The notes beneath the pieces were generated by a model. It saw nothing but the letters and a program-made list of their open reading frames with translations, had not been told where the DNA came from and ran no database searches. A DNA stretch of 64,000 nt from Octopus vulgaris (lineage: Eukaryota): the NCBI GenBank assembly GCA_951406725.2, contig OX597819.1, forward strand, positions 26,350,001-26,414,000, given 5' to 3'. Made by a program: the position numbers and the translations under genes. This document shows positions 42,011 through 54,534 of the stretch, piece by piece. Within the stretch, counting starts at the first letter, position 1. Each line of letters opens with the position of its first letter.

Positions 42011-45000
42011 ACTTTACGTTTGAGCATGCGTCATACATAATTTTCATTTGAATCCAATGTGCCAAATTCGTTTTAGTGCTGGATATCATACTTAGTGTTG
42101 CTAACCCTAGAAAGTCCCTCTATAGAAAATCATTAATGACAAACTTATGACAATGGCAAGGGAGATGACTGTGATGTTTAAATCTATTAAAAATTAGATT
42201 TTGTTATCTAATGGGGAGTGAGTCTGATATTTTATTCACTTATCGGTGATATTCGCTTATCGGTATTGAGATATAGTAATTATTATTTAAATGTGTTACT
42301 TAATTTGACGATTGCAACAATAGTATTCTTTGAAAGATAAGTGTTTATATTCTGAATATTTACAGTGAGTAATAGTAGCGATCATAGCGATGAGAGCAAA
42401 ACTGAACTGTTTATTGTTTATTTAAAATTATCTGATAGAATAAAATGTCGTATTGAGATGCAACGTTCGTTAAAATCTAACGAAAGAGCGCGTTCTAGAT
42501 ATAGCAGCTGAATTAATTCAAACCGCATCACATCGTTTTAAAACAGGATAAACACATTGGAGAATATACTTACTCTTAGATATACATACAGAAAATGAGA
42601 TGGTCGAAGCTGGAATTATATTATATCAGATCTCTGCTTAATCAGGGCTGATCTAGGGCTAACAAATTGCAGTCATTATTATTGATAGATACTATTTTCT
42701 TTATAAAGATATTTTTTCTTTACTCCTACTTCACTTCTTGGTCAGACATCATAATAGTAGCTGTATTTAGCTGCAGCTGAAATCTTTTGTGGTATTGTTA
42801 TAATTGGAACGGTATTTACCTGCAATATTTGACATTAGACGTTGTGGTAGTAATATAAACAGCGCTAGTGACAGGTGTTTTAGCTATAATAGTTGTAATG
42901 TTAGTGCAATTATGTTGGATGATGACGTCAGTAGGAGATGTTAGGAACGTATTTAGAAGTCGTGGCCGACCACACACTCAGTTGTTTGAAAAGACATATT
43001 TCAGTATAACTAAAATCATTTCGAGTTTCTTTTAGATATTACATTTGAGCATGAATCCAATTTTTCAAATAAGATATATCCAGTTATGATATTCAGATGA
43101 GCCAACGCGTGGTTTCCTCAAAGTGATACATTTCTTTCTGACGTGCAATTATACTTACAAAACATTTCCTTTTGCAGTATTCATTCATTCTAATCCACAG
43201 ACAAGTCTATCGCATCAAGAGATTTCATTAACAAACTTCAACTAATTATTATTGGTCTTATTCACAAGAGATTCCAAATCACGTTTATTATAATTAAGAT
43301 TTGTGTCTACACCTTTAATATAGATATATAGTTTCAGTGTTATCTAAGACACACCCACACACAAGACAAACAAGCGCTCTCCGTCCCCCAAGCTCGAGCG
43401 CGTGTGTGCCTATGAATTGTTTTTTAAACGCTTGTCTTTAAAAATGTATTACTCCCAGAAAATATACACGGCTAACTATATGATCTTCAGTTCTGTTAGA
43501 TTTTGGACATCGCTAAGATATGAGCAGCTGAGGGTATAAAAAGTTTACGCGAGAATGCGGGGGTAAATTTCAGAGAATAGCAATCCAAGGTGAAAGAAAT
43601 GGGTCGTTTAATGTGCGGAATATAAAGAGTATGATTGGTGAAAGGAAAATAGGTGAGAGTGTGTCAAAGGATTGAGTGGAGTGGATACGTATCGAATTAA
43701 CTATGAAGAACAGAGATTGTTCCAGCAGAAAATACAAAATAAAATCTCATCTTTTCTATGAGATAGATGAAGTATATGAATGAGTATATCTAATCTAGTC
43801 TATGTGAGACTATGATTGACACGCATGTTCGTAATGACATGCACCATGTTCTGGGTGAAACGAGGCGGACACAGAATAATATTTCCTTGTAATATCACGC
43901 TCTAAAATGTATTTTTACAGAAAATTGAATCACATATGTATATTTCAAATTATTTAACAGGATAATCTGAAAAAATGCAACCCTCCTGGCTATAATATCT
44001 TCTGGTCATTGATTCATATAAATCAGTCGAGGATGATTGTGTCCGTCCGAGATGCACAACACATCTCATTCTACCAAACACGCTTCCCAATTATGCCCGA
44101 TCCTTCAAATCTAAGGAAAACTATTAGTGAAAACCATCAAGTTATTAAGCTTCAAATTGATATTGAAGACGTGATTTCACTGAACTGAGTAAAATCAAAA
44201 TAAGGAACAATTCAAAGTTAATCCATGAACTGCAAAGAAAATTACTAATTTACTGCAAAACATGTCCGCAGCATAATGAGAAATATAACTTTCAAGCAAG
44301 AAAAAAAAATGTTAATGTGACTAGTCGGAGCACATAAATAGCATAGAAGCTTGTGTGAATGGAAAATTTAAAATATTAGAAGTTAGGCAAATAAAAAATA
44401 AAAGAAGAATATGAGTATTTGCGAAAGTAAAAGAATACTAAATTAGATCAATATAGTTAGATACTTGCAATAGTTCTGTTGATAGAACAGATGGCTTGAG
44501 TAAGATTTAAATCGAAATATATATGTAACATACTTCTCCGAAGCTCAACAGACCTACTTTGCCTTAATGATTATGAGTATAGTACATAATTTTCAGCATT
44601 TCGTTGACACGTGTGAAACACGTTGAATGCCACATTGTAAATTAGTATCTATGACAGTTATAATGGCATTTTAATTTACTATTACTACTCTGTTTCATCT
44701 ATTTTAAAAATATTATTCTGCAAAGATAATATCCCTAATTTACTAACACAGAAATAATTTAATGGAGTCTTAATTGAACGCCAGTAGCCACTAGTGTGGC
44801 ATTCGATTCCTTTAAAATACAATTAATACATATTGTTGTAAATATCTTTAGTTTTCTTTTCATATAAATTATATTTAATACGGCTTAACAACTTAGCCTG
44901 ATCCCGAATAATGGGGTCAACAATTCAAAAAGGTTAATTAAAGAGGTATTAGATATAAAAGGGATGATGATGAATGACTGAAGTAAGTTCATTACAAATA

Positions 45001-45782
45001 ATGATACAAGATTCCATTCTTAAGGAGGCTGAGATTAATATTGTCTCCTGTTCCATATGTACTATCATCCCCAAATAATGAAATTTTCGATCTCTTTAAT
45101 ATTTCCAGTGAGTTGATTATTTACTGGAATTTTATGGAGATTGTGATTTAAGCGCTTATTTTTCTACAGTGTATGCCAGCTGAACTTTCACCGAATTAAC
45201 CCTGATTCATATGAGAAGTTTGATACTGTTATGCTCTAGCAGTGGCAGATATATGGATATGACCAAGATTATGACAAGCTAAGTCGAAAATCGATTGATT
45301 TGTGTAGTGTCTCATAGTTAAATGTTATACTAGGATATTCTGGCCAAAGTGGACAAGCTACTGTGCAAAATTTCCCGAAAGGTGGTAGATTTCCTTCTTC
45401 AGAACCCATTTCTTTCCAAGAATATAAACTTTTCTCTCTGCTGATATTCAGGTATCCACTTAAACTGTACTATTTGCAAATATTCGAGTATCTGAGATGC
45501 CAATTTTGATGGTCCATAAAAGGTAAAAGCATGGAGTTATTTAACTACATCGCTTGTAAACGAGTGTAAGGTTAACTGAATACGAAAATGTAATGCAAGT
45601 TCAACTTCCCCAAGACAGAGCGACAAGCTCGCTTCCCCTTGAATGCAAGTTACTGTGGTTTGAAACAGTATTCTGATCTGCGGCAAGAACTATTGATTTT
45701 TTTTTATCCCTCTCTGCAACGTTTCTATGTACGATTATTACCGGTAACAGATGATGTTTTTATTGCTATTACTCTTCCTGTT

Positions 45783-46084
45783 TTCTTCTTGTTCTTGTTC
45801 TTCTTCGAATTAGGAGTCATGCCATTAGCCACAAAGAATAATCTCTAATTCGAGCCTACTCTAAGCTTCTAAGAATGAGTGTGGCAACTTGAAAATCCCC
45901 CCACCACACGCGATAGACTGGCGGTTCATGGGCGCGAAACCTACGTTATCCTCATTTCGTAAACGGTGTCTTTTAACGTGTGGAGAGCTGAACCATCCAG
46001 GGATACAGAAGATTCGCAATCTAGACTAGGGTCTGGAAAGTTTACCACACCATAGTAGGTTACACCATGTTTCCTCTGCTTTGT
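45783..46084 (-). mobile_element. Retroposon 3' fragment with (AAG)n-type tail
   Basis: Reverse complement of 6570-6883 with high similarity. Confidence 0.8.
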
Positions 46085-47146
46085 CTATATTAAGAGGGTA
46101 AATTTTGATTCGAGTGAGAGTTCGCTACTATTTGAAAAAGCTCGAGAAAGGACGATGAGGCTTCCTCGTTGGCTCTCCATGGAATTCGTTACAAATAGAC
46201 GGAGTCTACAACAAATTTAATTACTTTGGGTTAAACATCATACAAATCAAACTCTTTTTTTTCTTGCACAGGCATGAATGTGTGCTTACGAACTTCATCG
46301 TTTTCTCTGTGTAAGACTATAGGGTTCGATTTGAGGAATATTTAGGAGGTATTTCTTGGAGGCAGTGCCATATTGTAGGCTTCCTCTCTGGACTTCAACG
46401 GGGATTGACGAAAGAAATTATTTCCTAGATTCATCAAGGTGTATAGGCACAGACAATCTATAATCTCTATAGTAACACGTTTGATTGACCAAAACATGTT
46501 TAGGCTGCAAAGTCAAAATGGTTCCGGTGAGATTTAAACTTAATAACTTAACACATCAACGTATTCCGTACGAAGTCTGATTGTTTTAGTAATAAAGATG
46601 ATGTTGCCTTGCATTTGAGCAAGTCAATGGTGTGTTTGGCGAAAACAGAATGTGAAAGGCCTCTCCGAAAAGTTATAAAAGATATGCGGGCCATATGACA
46701 TCAGGGCAGTATTCAAGAGTACTACAACACTTTGCAAATATTTCCTTCGAGCAAAACCACCAATAGAAGAGAATATGACCAAAGACAGCGTGTACTGCAT
46801 CCCATGAAACTGTGATAGGTTATATAAAGGCGAAATATGCCGCCCCTTCAAAATAAGGGTAGGTGAACATCGCAAAGCTGGAACGCGTGGAGATGTTCAT
46901 AAATCGGGTAGAGCTGATCATGTATGGAAAAATGGAGACTACCTCCCCCTGTGGGATGAAGTTAAAATATTAGACAGAGAACACCACTGAGAAATGCGAA
47001 AACTAAAAAAGCAGCAATATGCCAGGCCACAACAACCGCCTAAGCAGACCGAGTACAGATATGAACAGCATATGGGAAATGGTATTAAGAAAGGATAGGA
47101 GAATATTAGATTTATAAGTCCTAAAATTGACTCCATAATTGCCCAC

Positions 47147-47220
47147 GGACATGTAGCGTAGTGGTTAAGAGCGCGGGATAATAACCCCAATATTCCGAGT
47201 TTTATTCCAGGCAGTGACCT
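47147..47220 (+). promoter_or_regulatory. tRNA-like cassette (putative Pol III A/B boxes) inside the PLE 3' region
   Basis: TAGCGTAGTGGTTAAGAGCGC (A box / D-arm-like) and GAGTTTTATTCC (decayed B box) at tRNA-like spacing. Confidence 0.55.
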
Positions 47221-47290
47221 GAATAGTAATAATAATAATAACATTGAAAAATACCTTAGGAGTGAGAACCCAGGTTCGAATTTTCCCCAA

Positions 47291-47336
47291 AACACCTAAT
47301 GAAGGCTGAAGGGTATATCAGCCGAAATGTTGTGTT
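47291..47336 (+). ncRNA. Minimal hammerhead ribozyme with a G5>A core mutation
   Basis: AACAC CTAATGA a GGCTGA agggtata TCAGCC GAAA tgtt GTGTT. Perfect 5-bp stem I and 6-bp stem II. Confidence 0.75.
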
Positions 47337-48076
47337 AACAGCAAACAAGATGAAGACAAATACCCGTCAAATGTACATAATATACATAAATCTTCATCTC
47401 TTAAATATAGAACTCTAAAACAGAATAGTTTGTTATAGAGGTTCTGAACGATTTGTAGTTTATCATTACCATTAACAAATTGTCACTTTAAAAATTACCC
47501 ATCAGCACATTGTGGCAAAAAAATTGTATTCTAATGAAACAGAAACTCATTTTGCCCAGTGGATATTCAGGATTCCTAGTGCTATTCCATCTAACCTGTA
47601 CCACTTTTGGATGGAATATCTATATGAACTAGAGCTATCTACATGAACTAGTGACCGTCTTCCTTCGTCATATTCTTATGCAAATAACTAAATAACGTGA
47701 ATGGAATTACGTATTAGACTTTGATATATTGTAAATGGAATTACACATTAGACTTTGATGTATTGCCTTTCAAGTATCTGTGTAGTGATAACACATTCTA
47801 ATCATAAGTTAGACATAACAAGCATTATTCGTATATATTCTATATATTTTTAACTGTGCTTTAAATATAATTATTGTAACTGGTTAAAATATTTTCACCT
47901 CTAAGAAAAATCAAACCCTTCAAAAATACAGCGATCCTGAATCATCCTCTTGACAGTTATTACTATCTTGGGAGCTGACAACGCCACGAAGTGTGTACTG
48001 CTAATGCTGTTAATGTCCAATGGTTTATTACCAGTTATAGTTTCGTTAATGTCCAATGGTTTATTACCAGTTATAG

Positions 48077-49494
48077 TTTCGTAACGTAGGTGCTTCATTG
48101 ATTAAATTCAGTCTAAGGTGTTTAATTTACACACAAAGCCAGCAAGTTTGAGAGTAGTGAGATGTCGACCCAGAAGGAATGAACAAAAAGTTGACACCTG
48201 TGGGGATTTGAACACATAGTGTATGCACCCGGAAGAAATATTGCAAAGTATTACTTCCAGAATTGTAACCCGTCTGCCAGTCAACGATGTTTGACATAGA
48301 AAAAATATAACTGGTAACTATTTTTCTCACCCACACAGTACTTTTTTCTAATTAAAATAGTTTCAGGTTCAAACAATTATTTACTCATGAAGTGCTAGCA
48401 AGAAATCTGCATAGTGTTCTATTGTGAAATGTTACAATTCTGCGATGTCGATATCTCATTATAAGTTCACATATTTCACCTTGAATATGATAGTTACAGG
48501 CTTATTCATTATGTTCCAAATTAAAGCCATATAGATGTTCGAATACTTTTTAATTTAACAAAGAAGAAAACGAAAACCAGTGACCTATATACTTTTACCA
48601 TACTTTAAATTTAATTGACTGTTCTTCAATGTAAGACATCTCATTTTTCAAATATTTTTACATCTTTTTTTTAAATTTCTTTTCTCTATATCTTTATATC
48701 TTTTTAAAAAATTTACCACAGCAAGATATGTTGTATAGAATCATGTAAAGAATGAATGTTTCCTTGCCTTTTGGGGGTTTTTTTCATTTATGGAAGCCAA
48801 TGCATGTGAAGTGTTTCTGTGCAGACAGAAGAGATTTGGTGTAACAATTCTTGATTGTTACTTTGCAAGTTCAAATTTACTTCTGTGACGATTTTATCGT
48901 CGTTTGTTTCGTGTCAATGTAAGGATTTCCAAAAATAAAAACAAATAAATAGATTAAAATGTGCTGGGCAACATAGCTAGTTGTTTCCAGTAATTTTAAT
49001 TTTACTGAATCCCAGAAAGATAAGATAGAAAGTTGACCCTGTGGAAATTCAAACACAAGACATAAAGACCTGTAATAATATGCAACTATTTCGAGGTCGA
49101 CTTTGCCTTTCATCCTTTCGGGATTGATTAATTAAGTACCAGTTGCCTACTGGAGTAGATCTAATCACTAGCCCTTGTGCCTATATTAGAGAAGAATAAG
49201 CAACTATTTTTTTCTTCTATTATTTGTCATTCACATTCTCTGAGTCAATGGAAATAAAATAATTACTCTTTTTATTTCAAACATCGTTAACTGGCACACG
49301 GGTTACAATTCTGGAAGTAATACTTTGCAATATTTCTTCCAGCTGCATACATTTTGTGTTCAAATCCCCACAGGTGTCAACTTTTTGTTCATTCCTTCTG
49401 GGTTGACATCTCACTACTCTCAAACTTGCTGGCTTTGTGTGTAAATTAAACACCTTAGACTGAATTTAATCAATGAAGCACCTTCGCTACGAAA
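48077..49494. repeat. 218-bp near-perfect inverted duplication with about 980-bp spacer
   Basis: 48077-48294 is the reverse complement of 49277-49494, with about 9 mismatches counted by eye. Confidence 0.92.
49092..49199 (+). mobile_element. 5'-truncated SINE family C copy
   Basis: TSD GCAACTATTT (49082-49091 / 49200-49209). Confidence 0.85.
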
Positions 49495-51228
49495 GTACAG
49501 CCTTTCAGCATTGTTAGAAATCTTAATGTACAGAAAATTAGGGCGGATGAATCACAGAAATGGAAGAGTGTTAAAAAGAATCGGTTTGTAATATCAGGTT
49601 TTGTTCTTGTAGTCTCTAAAACCAATTATTAAGGAGTTGACATTAAGTTTCAGCATACAAGGCTTGAGAAAATAAGTACTGTTATTGAGCAGTTATACTT
49701 TAATTAAATGCCACATATTTCACCCCGGAAATGTGTCGCATTGGTTAAAATATTTTTAATAAACGGTGCGTTATAAAAGAAATGAAGGGTCAGTGTGTTG
49801 TAAAAACGATGCAATGACCTCGAGATTTTTCCCGGGCTCAATGAGGAGGTGGTGAAGTGCTGGAGTCTGTTTAATGAAATCACACGACTCATTCTCTCTC
49901 TATCTGCATGTGTGTGTGTCTCTCTCTCTCCCTCTTTCTCTCTCTTTCATATATATATGTGTGTGTGTTCCATGTATATATAATTCCTACATAATGTATG
50001 TTTCAGCCTAAAAACAAATTCTCTCAAAGCGATAATCCACAGCAACAAAATGCTAAGTATATACTGAGAGAAGCCTGTTGTATACATACATACATATGTG
50101 TGCGTGTGTCTTTCTCTTCCACCATGACTTGACAACTGTTGGTTTGTTTACGTCCCTGTAACTTCCTTGTTCGGCAAAAGAAACCAATAGAATAAGTACT
50201 AGAAACAATAAATCTTGCGCTCTATTTCTTTGACTAAAAGCCTTTAATGTATAAAAGAATAGATGAATATAAAGTAGATATATTTATTAAAGTAATTACA
50301 ATTATAAAACTAGTCCAGCTTTCGTGATTTAAAAATTTGTCCAAGTTTATTAGAATAAATGTGTTCTGGAAATATGTTGGTATATGCATGTAACAGTTTG
50401 AGGAGTGATTGAGGAACTGTGGTGATCATACTTGTAGGATTGAGTGTGAATTTGCAAGTAACAAAATTTCGATATATATATATATATAGTAATATAAAGC
50501 TATGTGATGTGGTGCTAAATGTATAGCAGTATTAGGGAAGCAAAAAATGCGGTTAGCCTCGAACAAGACAAAGAAAGAGGACAGTGTTGTTTGCGATGAA
50601 GCAGAACAACATCTACACGTAATTCATTAATTGAGAGCCGCTTTCAAGAATTGGTGAGAAGAAATCTACGCGTGCCACTAGATTCCTACACTATATCAGG
50701 AACTATAATGCATTTGTTACCTAACCTCCAATCATCAGAGCACCGAACTATTGTAACTATTTCAATGTAGATGATGACACTATTTTTTAGACACGGAAAA
50801 AATATGGTGTATCACTTTCCAAGATGAATTACACTTCCAACCACTTCCTTCTGTGGTGGCGCAATGTCCAATACATGAAATTGATAACAACGACCTTATC
50901 GGCCTCTACATGTTACCTTCTCTCAAACTTGTTTTTGTTGGTGTGAAATGAATTGAATGGATACCGATGGAGCGGTTCCGCATATGTGTTATTTTACCTA
51001 TAATGCATTCCTCTTTTGTTTGCTATTCGTAACATTGTATACACCGAACCTGTAGTTGAACAGTAGGGGACTTCCCTAGTCAAGAGTTATCTTACCTCTC
51101 TCTCTCTCTCTCACTCTCTCTCTTCACACATACTCACTGTGTGTGTATGGAGGGTGTTTGTGTGTGTGTGTGTGTGTAATTATTTTGCAACAGAAAGGGC
51201 AATATTTGTGCCCTCTTTAAAGGTCACG

Positions 51229-51725
51229 TTGTGCTAAAACATGGAATACTACGATAGTTACTATGAGATAACCTTTCATATGAGCATTTTCGTGCATATA
51301 AACACCCTTATTTACATCGCTAGCGGGAGATAAATCACCTGCTGTCGCCACTGCCGGACCATCACCAGAGTACATGATTTCGGCCCTCTCTGGCGTTGTC
51401 AATGGTAGACGCTCGACCGCTAGAAATAACTTATAGTAATTCTTCAGAAACCCACTGGCTACTCGCGACATCAGTACTTGATTAGGCACTGAGGTTCTAT
51501 GTATATCACTAGTGAAGATATCACTGCTAATTCCAGCCGTCGAGTGTCTAATATTGACAAGTCCAGTGAAGACTGAAATAACGTGATCTGGTAGTCTCAG
51601 CGGTGGCAATGATTGATAATTGATCTCCTGCCAACGATGTAAACAAAGGTGCTTATATTCACCATAGTGCCCATATGAATTACTTTCTCATAGCAATTAC
51701 CGCGGTATTCTATTCTAAAACAACA
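51229..51725. mobile_element. About 500-bp imperfect palindrome with a decayed hammerhead in each arm
   Basis: 51229-51447 is the reverse complement (about 70%) of 51511-51725. HHR-like motifs lie at 51362-51408 (-) and 51548-51594 (+). Confidence 0.75.
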
Positions 51726-51754
51726 ACTATTTTTAAGTGGCAATAAATATGTGT

Positions 51755-51943
51755 TCCTTCATTGCCCACAGGGAGCTAAACACAGAGGGAACAAAGAATG
51801 ACAGGCAAAGGGATCAAGTCGATTATATCGACCCCCAGTGCGTTACTGTTACTTATTTAATCGACCCCGTAAGTGTGAAAGGCAAAGTCAACCTCGGTGT
51901 AATTTGAACACAGAACATAACGGCAGACGAAATACCGCTAAAG
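51755..51943 (-). mobile_element. SINE family C copy
   Basis: GGCAAAGTCAACCTCGG..AATTTGAAC, plus the TGCCCACA..GCTAAACACAGAGGG tail. Confidence 0.8.
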
Positions 51944-52824
51944 TGGTAATAATATTACCTTATATATGTGTGTGAGGGCATACGCTAAATACTTTTTACA
52001 ATACTTCCAGCTGTATTTTGAAGTGAACGATACAAGACCATTGTTGCAACGCTCGTTATATTAATTCATGTTTTACACGCGCATACTGTACATAAAGCAT
52101 ACAGTCACATATAGCGATATGAGAACAGATAAATAGATAACTATGTGGGTGTTTATTTGTTCCATGCTTCAATCCTGGGTAAAAAATATTTCTCTGAAAA
52201 TTAATTCCTCCTCACAAATTTCAACAACATTTCTAATTACGCAAAACTCAATGTACTACACTTGATGAACCTTGTACAGTAGGAAGTCCACAACCGATTT
52301 ATACTCATTGTCTTTCTTCCCTTGATTACAACACCATTTTTAGAAAATTAGATATCAAAGCAGTTAATTTCGCAACATAAAAACGTGTCATAGATTTTAG
52401 TTTTCTGCATTCTTAATTAATCTACACATATGCTTTTTAAAATATAGGGGGAAAACAACTATCCTTTTCACATGTTTCTCATAAAGTTTAAGATTACATT
52501 AATACTTAAACAATGAATTAGAATTAATTAGAGTAAACATCGAAAGGCATTGGAATTTTAATTTTCCCAGTTTTTAAAATTTTAAACTATATCATTGCTG
52601 CAATATCCAACTGATAACTAATATAAATTCCAGTTTTAGAAAAAAAAGCATACAATATTAAATAAAATGAATTGATTTTTAACAAATTTAATTAAAATAC
52701 ACTGCACAATGAGAAAAAAAAAAAGGAAAGCTAGAAAAACATCCAAGTTAAATTGTATAGAAAGTAATAGGATATTTAAGGAAGATTCCTTGAAGGAGTA
52801 ACATTTATAATTGATCTAAAGCAA

Positions 52825-53365
52825 TGACAGCGAACTGGCAGAAACGTTAGCACGCCGGGCGAAATGTATAACGGTATTTCGTCTGTCGTCGTGTTCTGAA
52901 TTCAAATTCCACTTAGGTCGACTTTGCCTTTCATAGTATCGGGAGCGATTAAATAAGTACCAGTTACGCACTTGGGTCGATATAATCAATTTAATCGGTT
53001 TGTCTGTCCTTGTTTGTCCTCTCTGTGTTTAGCCCCTTGTGGGTAGTAAAGAAATGGGTATTTCGTCCGACATCACGTTCTGTGTTCAAACGTCACCAGG
53101 GTCGACTTTGCCTTTCGGGGTCGATAAATTGAGTATCAGTTACGCTCTGGGGGTCGCTGTAATGGACTGGTTCCCCCCCCCCCCAGGTGGCGAGCAGGCA
53201 GAATCGTTATCACGTTCTGAATTCAAATTCCACCGAGGTCGACTTTGCCTTTCATCGTTTCGGGGTCGATAAATTAAGTACCAGCTGCGTATTGGGGTCG
53301 ATCTAATCGACTTCACCCCGCTCCGCAAAAATTTCGGGCCTTGTGCCTAGAATAGAAAAGAATAA
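52825..53365 (+). mobile_element. SINE family C multimer (three partial units)
   Basis: GGTCGACTTTGCCTTTC occurs three times, each preceded by a TTCAAA B-box-like motif. Confidence 0.85.
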
Positions 53366-53891
53366 TTGATCGAAAACAATGTGTTATGTCCACGATCGCT
53401 GAACTAACTAGAAGTAGGCGACAACCCCCGCTCAAACGTGAACGGACGTCAATCTTTTCGGCGATGTGATCCTCTAAACGAAATTCGAGAGCAGGATGAT
53501 TCTTGTTGAAATATTTTTTATTATAATTTCGTTAGACCAGACTGAGCTGAGGCACGATTTTATGGTAAGACATGTGATCCCTTAAATTCTCATTGACGCG
53601 ATTATTTTTTTTTATTTCATCCTTTGCCTGATGAATGTGTAAATTATACTTCTTTTCTCGGTCTATTTTAAGTTCATTGATTGCAATCATAGCAGGAAAA
53701 AGCATACAAAATCCATCCATCTATATTCTTTTGTCACTACATGCAAAATTAATTATAGGTTTTAAGTTTCTATATTCATAATACGTCCATTATTTTTTTT
53801 AATATGAGGAGGCGTTTTCTGTAGTATCTCTAGTCTGAGTGGATTTTGTAGGTAGCAAATGTGCCTAAGCCTCGCACGCGCGCGTGTGTTT

Positions 53892-53960
53892 GTATAATGT
53901 ATATGTGATATATAATGTATATGTGATATATAATGTATATGTGATATACGTGATGTATAT
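53892..53960. repeat. 18-bp tandem repeat x3 (TATAATGTATATGTGATA)
   Basis: Directly visible. Confidence 0.85.
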
Positions 53961-54534
53961 GCGCATGGCTCTGTGGTAAGAAGCTTGCTTCCGCACATGC
54001 GCGTTGAGTTGACTTCTTGACATTGAACAATGAGGACATGAGCTTTGAGCTCCGTCCTAAAAAGAAGAAAACTAAGACCAAAGGAAGTCCGTCGAAGTAA
54101 GTGATTTTGTTTGTATTGAGCTGGGCATAATTTATTGTGTGTGAATTATTTTTTCAGTAATTGTGCCCAGCTCTGGGACAATTTCGCGTGCTCTCGGCGG
54201 CTATTGTGTTATTTTTGCTTGTTTAGCAAAAGAAAAAGCGTTGGGGGCGTATCCGCCCGAAGACATAAAATTTTGTTCCAGTTGCTGTTGCTATTGCTGT
54301 CAGCTGTGGCCCGTATTCGTGGTTTTTTACCATTTAAAAGTTCCTGTCACGAAGTTCCAGTTGGACTGGTGTACCTGTTGGCCAGGATTGTCGTTTTTGC
54401 TGTGTAGAACTGTTTTCTTCTATATTTTTTCTGTCTATCCTTTTTATTTTATTTTTTGCTCCAACTTTTCTTTTGTTTTTGAACTTTCTTAGACTGTTTT
54501 TGTTTTTCTTTGAACTTTTGTGAACTTTTTACAC

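Larger units (their letters stand above)
46652..47416 (+). mobile_element. 5'-truncated Penelope-like element (GIY-YIG + 3' repeat)
   Basis: VKGLSEKL*KICGPYDIRAVFK...KDSVYCIP*NCDRLYKGEICRPFKIRVGEHRKA...WDEVKILDRE. Flanking 10-bp duplication AAAACAGAAT (46642-46651 / 47417-47426). Confidence 0.85.

Noticed and set aside
49468-49500. TCAATGA..GAAAGTAC hammerhead-like string at the end of the 218-bp inverted repeat
   Set aside because: The core is non-canonical and there is no convincing stem I or stem II.
51217-51609. 130-aa minus-strand ORF in a higher-GC patch
   Set aside because: It has no recognisable motif and lies across a palindrome, which better explains the composition.
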